Part shown: positions 1 through 7,432 of the stretch, piece by piece | How positions within the stretch are numbered: the first letter of the stretch is position 1 | Layout of the letters: each line of letters begins with the position of its first letter | Source of the DNA: an uncultured virus (IMG/VR IMGVR_UViG_3300021185_001360) | Lineage: Duplodnaviria; Heunggongvirae; Uroviricota; Caudoviricetes | Virus record (IMG/VR): IMGVR_UViG_3300021185_001360 | Length of the DNA: 20,000 bases | Direction: 5' to 3' (one strand) | The notes under the pieces: generated by a model | Databases searched by the model: none | What the model was told of the DNA's origin: nothing | What the model saw: the letters and a program-made list of their open reading frames with translations, nothing else | Translations under genes and position numbers: made by a program

Positions 1-440
1 GCCCCATTTTCTCCGTCTTCGGATACTTCAATTTTAACACTACGATTAGGATATTTCTCTGCAATCTTATCGAACAAATCATCACTCATCATTTCACATG
101 ACTTGTAATCTAGTTCTAAAGTTTTCTCTGCATATAGCTTCTCTAACCAACGTTTAAATTGGATAAACTCAATATCCCTGTCGTTGTGCGTGACTGTAAT
201 TGCTACACGAAAATGAAAGATATGTCGATGAGGATATCCTAGAAAACTAACATCATACTCATCGCCAGTTGCCAACGCAGGGTCATCAAGTGCCGCTGGA
301 TATTTGTGTATACCTTCTTTCTGAAACGTAACCCAAATCCATCTTGTTGCATTCTGTTTTTGTTTTTTAATATCGTCTGCCATATTTGCCTTTCTACTTT
401 CGTCTAACATAAAGTCGTAATAACCTTTTCTATTGGTCAT
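1..440 (-). CDS. QueD-like T-fold protein (6-carboxytetrahydropterin synthase paralog, DpdL-like motif); runs off the window start
   Basis: Not in the ORF track. Manual translation: MTNRKGYYDFMLDESRKANMADDIKKQKQNATRWIWVTFQKEGIHKYPAALDDPALATGDEYDVSFLGYPHRHIFHFRVAITVTHNDRDIEFIQFKRWLEKLYAEKTLELDYKSCEMMSDDLFDKIAEKYPNRSVKIEVSEDGENG. Has H-x-H (HRH), SCE and terminal VSED, typical of QueD/PTPS T-fold proteins. Alternative ATGs at 410 and 383. Confidence 0.8.
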   Translation of the reverse strand, partial: MTNRKGYYDFMLDESRKANMADDIKKQKQNATRWIWVTFQKEGIHKYPAALDDPALATGDEYDVSFLGYPHRHIFHFRVAITVTHNDRDIEFIQFKRWLEKLYAEKTLELDYKSCEMMSDDLFDKIAEKYPNRSVKIEVSEDGENG

Positions 441-633
441 CTAGTTGCTCTTGTTCTTTTTCAAGTGCTACAATTTCTTCTTTAATTCTCATCTTTTCTA
501 CTTTCTTAACCTGAACATCTTGATACTTATTATAATCTTTTGTAATCTGATTGTCAAGTGCCCGATGTACCTCTCTGAGTTTTTCTAATCGGCGTCCTTT
601 CTTTTTAGCGAATGCTCTTTGTCCTTTTGCCAT
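430..633 (-). CDS. Small coiled-coil protein, DUF465/YdcH-like (67 aa)
   Basis: True start is probably the ATG at 633 (MAKGQRAF...), preceded by a strong SD (AAGGAGG). Pattern L-x-x-L-x-x-x-H-x-x-L-D-x-x-I ... K-x-E-K-M-x-I-K-E-E-I resembles DUF465. Confidence 0.6.
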   Translation of the reverse strand: MAKGQRAFAKKKGRRLEKLREVHRALDNQITKDYNKYQDVQVKKVEKMRIKEEIVALEKEQEQLDDQ

Positions 634-652
634 TATTTCCTCCTTGGTTGAA

Positions 653-2194
653 TTAGCTAAACAAGTCTGAAACAGTATCAGGTGTATCATACTCTTTACG
701 TTTACCTTTGACTGCTTCCACAAACTCATCTGTCTTTGTATTTGCATCTTCGAACTCCATAAAATCTGGAGTTGTAGATATATTTTGAACACGTGATCCT
801 TGACATTTGCGTAAAAATGCTTTGAAGTCTGATAACATGTTCATTGGATCATCTGATACAAATAATTCTTCAACAAATTTTGCAAAATACAATACTGTAT
901 CAGGCACAACATCACTTAACACATTAGTTTTGCCTAAGTTCATGTTGTGTATATCAATCTTATCATGTAACATTTCATATTCATGGTCAAATCTACGTAA
1001 TGCATCTTGCATACCTTTGATATGATACTCTGTGTTATGTGCTTGAATTAATATATAAGATAGACTATCCCAACTTGATTTGGCTTCTTTTTTGTTTCTA
1101 TTCAACATGCCTGGTTGCATGTAATTGATATCTCTCATATTAAGTCGAGAACCAATTTCCCCATCATACATCCAAGGTTGATCCGGATTAGAAATATCTT
1201 GTCTCCAGTTCAACTTCTTAGTCTTGTAAGACCAAGCGTTTCCATTCAAGTCGGGATAATCATATGCTAAACCTTTAGATGCAGTTATATATGGAGAAGC
1301 CGCATCAAAAGATATAGTGATATTTGGATTAACATGTTTTCGTAGTTGTCTCTGTATAGCAGTTAAGAAACAACCCCACGGGAGAACACTAATGCCTAGT
1401 GTATGTATCCAAACATCGTCACCTGCTAACATACCATCATCACGCATTGTGATTAATCGTCTTAGCAGAAGTTCTGCATCACCGGCATGGTCGCCAGCCA
1501 TAGCCCAACCTTCAAATGCTCTATCACCATATACTTTTGGGTCATTGAACTTTTTGACTGCTTGGTACCATTTCTCGCTTGTTTCCCAATTAGCACCATG
1601 TAGTGTATTGAGAAATTTAGTCTTACCGGGAATACGATTGTCGATAAAAAATTGATGATTAAAGATTGTCTTTTCTAAACATTCATCTGCTGTTTTAAGA
1701 CCTGTCTTATCACGATACTGCGGAAGATATCCCCACATAGGAATATCAAGTGTCATACTATAATCACAGTATTCTTCTAACCATGTCATAATACTACAAC
1801 GTGTCTTTTGCCAATCTGCACCAGTTTCGAAATTACTCCAGTCTAGCTTCCAAGCACCACTACCAATTTGATAGCCGCCTGAATCACCTACTAATACTGT
1901 GTTTTCTCTATCACGGTTAACGACCATACCATCATCAATTTTAGAACCTTCTAAATCAAGATTGGCATGCCCTGCGGAGTAAAGACCATGAGCGTAATGT
2001 ACATAGCCTTTATCTTTATCCAAGATATTTAATCCATCTAACCCGTGTTCAAATCCTTTAGGGATACGTTCTGGTGGGAACATATCTGTCTTGTCCGCAT
2101 AATGCTGAGAGATTTTGCGAACATAGAAATTTGAAATAGCCGGCAAAAAGATTGCATAACCGGAACTTAGATTATTTTTACCTAAGTCTTTCAC
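653..2194 (-). CDS. Queuine tRNA-ribosyltransferase (TGT)-fold protein, candidate DpdA-like DNA guanine transglycosylase
   Basis: 513 aa, GTG start. TGT-family motifs DSGGYQ, MTLDIP, HTLG and SFDAAS. Lies two genes from a QueD-like gene and directly downstream of the sliding clamp. Confidence 0.75.
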   Translation of the reverse strand: MKDLGKNNLSSGYAIFLPAISNFYVRKISQHYADKTDMFPPERIPKGFEHGLDGLNILDKDKGYVHYAHGLYSAGHANLDLEGSKIDDGMVVNRDRENTVLVGDSGGYQIGSGAWKLDWSNFETGADWQKTRCSIMTWLEEYCDYSMTLDIPMWGYLPQYRDKTGLKTADECLEKTIFNHQFFIDNRIPGKTKFLNTLHGANWETSEKWYQAVKKFNDPKVYGDRAFEGWAMAGDHAGDAELLLRRLITMRDDGMLAGDDVWIHTLGISVLPWGCFLTAIQRQLRKHVNPNITISFDAASPYITASKGLAYDYPDLNGNAWSYKTKKLNWRQDISNPDQPWMYDGEIGSRLNMRDINYMQPGMLNRNKKEAKSSWDSLSYILIQAHNTEYHIKGMQDALRRFDHEYEMLHDKIDIHNMNLGKTNVLSDVVPDTVLYFAKFVEELFVSDDPMNMLSDFKAFLRKCQGSRVQNISTTPDFMEFEDANTKTDEFVEAVKGKRKEYDTPDTVSDLFS

Positions 2195-2197
2195 GCT

Positions 2198-2953
2198 TTA
2201 ATTACCTGATTTAGCTGGTAAGATGTATTCGTATAGACCTAATCCGCTATCTACTTGAATCATCATTGCACCTTGGTCTGAGATTTTAACACTCATTGTG
2301 CTAGTATCACCAAGTTTCAAAATTGTAAGTACAGTCGATAGAGGGAAACTCCAACCAGTGTTTAGTTCACCGTTAACATTCTGTGCGAATGGAAGTTCTA
2401 CTCTGTCTGTTGAACGGTCACCGATAAAGAATTTCAGTACACCGTCTACTGTCTTAACAGTAAAGAGTGGATCAAATGCTCCTAGAATACCTGCAAAGTA
2501 TTGTAAGTCTTTGATTGCTTTTTGTGTTGGCATAACTTCAACGTCCCATTTGGCACCTTTAAAGTTTGCTGTTTTAATCTGTGCATCAACAAGTTCACTT
2601 ACGATTACACGATAAGTTGATTGCATTGCACCTTCGATTGAGAATGATAGTTGTGTAGGGACCATTTCGCCATTGCGTTCCTCATGTCCAACTTCTACAC
2701 CGGCTTTAACTGATTTACCTTCTCTATCTTCACCTTCATAGTTTAGATAACCGTTGAGTACGCCTAGTCTACCAAGACCAAACTTGCCTTTGAATTCGTT
2801 AACTGGTGTATGTAGTTTGCCTCGTAACACCACTGTTCTATCGTCATCCATAGCATCAATCGTTGTACCAGTATCATCTGTAGTGACTTTAGCCGCTTGA
2901 ATGATACCTAACGAATGAGTATGCTTAACAATATCCTTTAAAATATCCTGCAT
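2198..2953 (-). CDS. Sliding clamp / DNA polymerase processivity factor (T4 gp45/PCNA-like)
   Basis: 251 aa, clamp-like size and alternating beta/alpha pattern, C-terminal YEYILPA, SD AAGGAG, close to the PolB gene. Confidence 0.7.
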   Translation of the reverse strand: MQDILKDIVKHTHSLGIIQAAKVTTDDTGTTIDAMDDDRTVVLRGKLHTPVNEFKGKFGLGRLGVLNGYLNYEGEDREGKSVKAGVEVGHEERNGEMVPTQLSFSIEGAMQSTYRVIVSELVDAQIKTANFKGAKWDVEVMPTQKAIKDLQYFAGILGAFDPLFTVKTVDGVLKFFIGDRSTDRVELPFAQNVNGELNTGWSFPLSTVLTILKLGDTSTMSVKISDQGAMMIQVDSGLGLYEYILPAKSGN

Positions 2954-2982
2954 TTTCTTTCTCCTTATGGTTTATTAATACT

Positions 2983-3011
2983 ATATTAACACTATTTGCT
3001 ATCAATGTCAA
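2983..3011 (-). promoter_or_regulatory. Sigma70-type promoter for the clamp-TGT-QueD operon
   Basis: Minus strand TTGACA-17 nt-TAATAT with an extended -10 TG, then SD AAGGAG and the clamp ATG at 2953. Confidence 0.7.
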
Positions 3012-3537
3012 TACCCTTTTTAGTTTTTCCTGCTACTGGATTATCTACCCAATGTATTTGGTTTGGAGGCATAAAACCCCATATAAACCAAGCATTACCG
3101 AATGTAGGCGAACCTTTTCCAGTAAAATCAATACGATAATTATACACAAGTGCGGACATTCCTTTGTCCATAAACATCTTCCCTCGTCTTGCTCCCTGAA
3201 AACTTGTCACGGGAAGTAACAAAGCAAACGGCTTATCTAATGCATAACAATGCTCTAAGAATTGGTCTTTCTTGCTATACGGTGGATTAGTTATAATGCC
3301 ATCATAGACATCACTCCGTGTACAATCAAAGAAATCCCTACCATCAGACCCAACAATATTATAACCGTATTTGTTGAATCCGGAAACAATGCTACCGCTT
3401 TTTTCACTAGTCGCTTCATAATAAGTCTTATCCTTATCTAAATATTTTAGCAGAGGAAGTATTTGATCCTCTGGTGTATAGCATTCATCAGACGCTTCAT
3501 TAGTCGCTCTACGATTAATTAAGTCAGTATATGACAT
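2992..3537 (-). CDS. Small orphan amino-methyltransferase (probably DNA N6-adenine)
   Basis: 181 aa with N-terminal DECYTP, DFF and catalytic motif IV IITNPPYS, followed by KPFALLLP. No restriction endonuclease gene adjacent. Confidence 0.7.
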   Translation of the reverse strand: MSYTDLINRRATNEASDECYTPEDQILPLLKYLDKDKTYYEATSEKSGSIVSGFNKYGYNIVGSDGRDFFDCTRSDVYDGIITNPPYSKKDQFLEHCYALDKPFALLLPVTSFQGARRGKMFMDKGMSALVYNYRIDFTGKGSPTFGNAWFIWGFMPPNQIHWVDNPVAGKTKKGIDIDSK

Positions 3538-4289
3538 TATTTTATTCTCTCCAATTTAGGTGCAATAAAATCTCTTATCATTTCTTCATTAGTTTCATCA
3601 TTGAAATGATTACCATCGCATGTAATATCTTTATCGGCATACTTCTTTGTATAATACTCATGTGCATTTGTACCATCAAAGTCTATATACAATGATTTCT
3701 GTAGCATTGATTCAAATCCAGGATAGTTATAGAAGTCCCACGATTTGTGCCATGTTACAACCTTTATATCTAATAGTTTGCATAATTTAATTGCCTGATA
3801 CACATCTAACATGCCCCAAAACTCTGGTGACATATGATTTGCCGCCATCTGTTCTTGTGTTTCTTTCCAATGCTGAAAAGTTTTTCTAGTTTTTGCAAAC
3901 CATTCTTCTTCCATATCTTGCGTTAATGCTCTCATAAATTCATATATCGATGCAGAATCTTTATAAACATCATCTTCGATGATAGACATATCAGTGACAT
4001 GTTTTATCTTTAGATAAGGTTCTGTAAGACATTTAAAGTTTAATTCTGACCTATTGTTTACTAACTCCATTAACAGAATATCAATGTTATATTTTTCTTT
4101 TAAGTATACAATCTTATTTAGGTAAAGTTCTGTGCCCTTGCTAGAACATGCTGAATTAACAAACGACATGTTTGTTGTATATTTCTCTAGCCATGTTTCA
4201 AATGGCAATGCTAAATTGTTTTCTCCGGTCTCTTTGTTATGGTGACAACCTACACTATAACTAGACCCTACTATTCCTACATTGTGCAT
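3537..4289 (-). CDS. Hypothetical protein, SGNH/GDSL hydrolase-like
   Basis: Likely start at ATG 4289 (MHNVGIVGSSYS), just after the PolB stop. Block-I-like GSSYS and C-terminal D-x-x-H (DGNH). Confidence 0.5.
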   Translation of the reverse strand: MHNVGIVGSSYSVGCHHNKETGENNLALPFETWLEKYTTNMSFVNSACSSKGTELYLNKIVYLKEKYNIDILLMELVNNRSELNFKCLTEPYLKIKHVTDMSIIEDDVYKDSASIYEFMRALTQDMEEEWFAKTRKTFQHWKETQEQMAANHMSPEFWGMLDVYQAIKLCKLLDIKVVTWHKSWDFYNYPGFESMLQKSLYIDFDGTNAHEYYTKKYADKDITCDGNHFNDETNEEMIRDFIAPKLERIK

Positions 4290-4290
4290 A

Positions 4291-7086
4291 TCAAAAATCA
4301 AACAGATTGGTGAATTGCTCAGACGCATCAGCATCACTTAAGTCCCACTTAAGAACACCAATAAGATTATCTAGTTTCTTATCAATAATTGTTGATTCCA
4401 TTAAATCATCATCAAAAGGAAGTTCTTGAAACCATTCAGGAATACGCTTTTCATCAATTGGAATTGCAACACTTGTCATTTTTAAAGCGTTTGGTTTAAG
4501 TTTACATACAATAGTCTTCATACCATCGGTAATTTCAACAGAATATTTGTCACCATGTAATTCACGTAGTGTATTCCAATTCAAAGCCGCACTAACATGT
4601 CCCGGCAAGTGTACTTTATCTTTTTTGCTATTATTTCCCTCTAGTTTGAAATCTTTGCCTTGTTGCTTTGCAATCTTTTTTACTTTATTTCTATACATAG
4701 TAAGATTATTAACACGTTTAGGAGTACCTTTCTCCCAACCAGGCTTTGCTCTGAATTCTTTCTTAAATATCTTAACCATATCGATTACGTTTTGTTCTGT
4801 ACCGTCTGTTAGAATTGTAACAAGAACATCACTCAAAAAGTTCTGCATATAATCAGGAGTATCACTACGTTTTAAATCGAGACCCATAGCTTTTACTTTA
4901 CCAGGTTTACCATCTACGTCTTTTCTTACGCCTTCATCATCAAAGATAAGCATTGCGTATCGTTTCTTCTTAATGAAGATACCCATAGTTGCACAGTTCT
5001 CTCGACCCGCCGCAATAATCTCACCTTGTTTGCGTGGAGCATTAAAGAAGTCTTTCATAAAGTCAGGGAAACTTGCATTGACTTGATTTGCAATTTCATC
5101 GTACAGTTCAATAACTTTTTCTTTAGTCCATTCAATCTTACCTGCATCAATGTCTTCCTTGTAAACAGGATACATAGAATAATAGATACTATCTGTATCA
5201 CCATAGATAATGGACTCGCCTTTGTAATCATAAGTACCAGCGATTACTTCATTAGTTTTAGCACCCATGTGTCTTGTAATACAACGACCAGATAGAGTTG
5301 TACTTTGACCAATACGTTTGTCATAAAATCTACAACCAGCGTTCAAAATCGCACCATACAAACTGTTCAAGTTAATCTTCTTAACTAGCTGTCGTTTATC
5401 CCAAAATGTAATAGCTTCTTTGTCGCCATCTTCAATAGCTTTTTTCTTGTTTGCTTGTAGTATCTTACGTTCAGCATACCAACGTTCTAATAAACTAGGA
5501 ATGATACCTTGTACGTCTTGTTTTAGAATTGTACCATTGGCAGTAATTGCCCATTGCAAGTCACTTTGAAATACTAAGTTGTGTATCTCTGCGCCTGTCA
5601 TTTCATTTCGAACATCTTTATTATCTTCTAATACAAGATTAATCTTTTCTGTTTTATCTTTTTCATTAACAAGTCTAAATTCTTCTGCACTAAACGTATC
5701 TTCCCAAGCCTGCGCCGCACCAAAGCCTTTACCGCCACCTCGTCTACCATTAGCAATTCTATCACCAATCATTTTTTCTGTTAGAGTTGGTTCGAGTTGT
5801 GCAACAATAGTTTCTGGAGACATATTTAATGCACGAATAATAGATGGATAGAGTGAGTTAATATCAATACCTGATACCCATCGTTGAATTCCAGTCTTTG
5901 GATCTGCAACAAAGGCGCCCGCGGCTTTCTGTTTCTCTGCCGCTTCTAACTCTGCGTCAGTGGGTTCAATATCTTCTTCTGTCCAGTCACGCTTCTTTCT
6001 ATCTGGAACAACCATACCTCGTCTATGTGCTTCATTAATGATTGCTTGTTCTGTAACTGCAACTGCACCCATAGTTGTTTTGATATTAACTGTATTGTCG
6101 TGTGCAATTTCATTTGCTAAATCAATAAATTGTAGCTTCTTATCCATTTCACCAAGAAGTGCAACGTCCTGTCTGTTGTATTCAACAAACTTATAGAAGT
6201 CTCTGTTATACAATTGGTCTAGTGTGCCTTCATATGCAATTTTCTTTTCACCAAGTTCGTATTCGCCGATAGCATCAAGTGAGTACGAATGCATTTCGTG
6301 GTATGTATACTTACGATAAAGTTCAAGATAGTCTAGGTGAATTCGCCCTGACAAATCATATGTAATTTGTTCTCTGCCATATTTGACTACTTTTCTTTCA
6401 TGCGGAAGCAAGTCCCATAAACACAGTTTGCGTGTATGTGATTTACTCATCATGCGAGTAATACGTCTAACTGTATATGGAATATCAAAACCTTCTGAGT
6501 TCCAACCTGATAAAACATCTGCATCATCAATCAATGCAATGAAATCATTTAACATATCTACTTCATCAAGATATAAAAATGTATCATCAAATTGATTACA
6601 AATGCGTTCTGCTTCTTCAAGTCCTTCTCCCTCTTGCATATGTTTAGGAGGGATAGCGAATGTTACAAGTTTATCTAACCACTGTAGATAAACAGTGATT
6701 GCAGTGATAGGCATAAAGGGATCCTCTGGTGGAGCAAATCCCTTATCTGCATCAAAGTCTACTTCGATATCAAAAAAAGCAGTATGTAGCTTTGGAGAAT
6801 CTACACCGTTGTAGTTCTCACTTAAGCATCTTACTTCTGGTTTGATATCGCTTTCGTATAGTGACTTACCTGCATTTATTCTTCGTTCTTTGTGTAGGTC
6901 TTTGAGCCGTTTACACTTTACTTCACGGACTTTATCTCCGTGAATACTTAAGTGTTGTCCTCGAGGATCTTTCACATAGAAAGTTCGCCATGCAGGGAAA
7001 TCGTTATAGACACGTTTTCCATCGACACGTTCTATTACTTGAACAATGTCTTTATCTCTATTGTAATAAGCGTCTACATAACTCAT
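4291..7086 (-). CDS. Family B DNA polymerase (T4 gp43-like)
   Basis: 931 aa. Exo I FFDIEVD, Exo II GWNSEGFDIPY, Exo III YNRQDV. Pol motifs DINSLYPSII, KINLNSLYG, YGDTDS, KKRY. C-terminal QFTNLFDF clamp-binding-like tail. Confidence 0.97.
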   Translation of the reverse strand: MSYVDAYYNRDKDIVQVIERVDGKRVYNDFPAWRTFYVKDPRGQHLSIHGDKVREVKCKRLKDLHKERRINAGKSLYESDIKPEVRCLSENYNGVDSPKLHTAFFDIEVDFDADKGFAPPEDPFMPITAITVYLQWLDKLVTFAIPPKHMQEGEGLEEAERICNQFDDTFLYLDEVDMLNDFIALIDDADVLSGWNSEGFDIPYTVRRITRMMSKSHTRKLCLWDLLPHERKVVKYGREQITYDLSGRIHLDYLELYRKYTYHEMHSYSLDAIGEYELGEKKIAYEGTLDQLYNRDFYKFVEYNRQDVALLGEMDKKLQFIDLANEIAHDNTVNIKTTMGAVAVTEQAIINEAHRRGMVVPDRKKRDWTEEDIEPTDAELEAAEKQKAAGAFVADPKTGIQRWVSGIDINSLYPSIIRALNMSPETIVAQLEPTLTEKMIGDRIANGRRGGGKGFGAAQAWEDTFSAEEFRLVNEKDKTEKINLVLEDNKDVRNEMTGAEIHNLVFQSDLQWAITANGTILKQDVQGIIPSLLERWYAERKILQANKKKAIEDGDKEAITFWDKRQLVKKINLNSLYGAILNAGCRFYDKRIGQSTTLSGRCITRHMGAKTNEVIAGTYDYKGESIIYGDTDSIYYSMYPVYKEDIDAGKIEWTKEKVIELYDEIANQVNASFPDFMKDFFNAPRKQGEIIAAGRENCATMGIFIKKKRYAMLIFDDEGVRKDVDGKPGKVKAMGLDLKRSDTPDYMQNFLSDVLVTILTDGTEQNVIDMVKIFKKEFRAKPGWEKGTPKRVNNLTMYRNKVKKIAKQQGKDFKLEGNNSKKDKVHLPGHVSAALNWNTLRELHGDKYSVEITDGMKTIVCKLKPNALKMTSVAIPIDEKRIPEWFQELPFDDDLMESTIIDKKLDNLIGVLKWDLSDADASEQFTNLFDF

Positions 7087-7347
7087 TTACAGGGTGCGTC
7101 CTACAGTCTCTAACACTTCTTCAACATCAGCAAAGTCTTGTTTTGCTTCTGTTAGTTTTGCCTTATGTGCTAGGCTAATCGCTTTATTTAGAACACCTGG
7201 TTTGATATCAAACTCATCTGCGATTGCTTTAACTGTATCACGTAGACCACCTTTAAGGTCTTCACATTCCTGTAAAACTGAACAACCTTCATCCACGAGT
7301 TGTGTTAGTTTTGCTTTGTCTTCTGGACTTAATGTATCGATTGACAT
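7087..7347 (-). CDS. Small dsDNA-binding protein, T4 DsbA / GapR-like
   Basis: 86 aa helical protein with the pattern EDLKGGLRDTVKAIADEFDIKPGVLNKAISLAHK. SD AAGGAGG; abuts the PolB start. Confidence 0.6.
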   Translation of the reverse strand: MSIDTLSPEDKAKLTQLVDEGCSVLQECEDLKGGLRDTVKAIADEFDIKPGVLNKAISLAHKAKLTEAKQDFADVEEVLETVGRTL

Positions 7348-7366
7348 ATAGTTGCCTCCTTAGGTT

Positions 7367-7400
7367 AAAAAAGAGCGCCCTATTTCTAGGACACTCTTTT
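7367..7400 (-). terminator. Intrinsic terminator-like hairpin (possibly bidirectional)
   Basis: Minus strand AAAAGAGTGTCCTA-GAAA-TAGGGCGCTCTTTTTT: long stem with two G-U pairs, GAAA tetraloop and U-tract, downstream of the 599-aa gene. Confidence 0.75.
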
Positions 7401-7429
7401 ATAATACATTAAGTGACTACGAAAGTCAA
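7401..7429 (-). promoter_or_regulatory. Sigma70-type promoter upstream of the dsbA-like and polB genes
   Basis: Minus strand TTGACT-17 nt-TATTAT. Confidence 0.6.
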
Positions 7430-7432
7430 TAG

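Noticed and set aside
634..792. N-terminal extension of the 430-792 ORF
   Set aside because: It overlaps the TGT-like gene in another frame; the strong SD points to the ATG at 633.
4290..4337. N-terminal extension of the 3537-4337 ORF
   Set aside because: It overlaps the PolB C-terminus; the ATG at 4289 follows the PolB stop and places the GSSYS motif at the usual N-terminal position.
4291..7086. Possible intein or intron in the DNA polymerase
   Set aside because: All exonuclease and polymerase motifs occur in one 931-aa frame, with no intein splice motifs or homing endonuclease signature seen.
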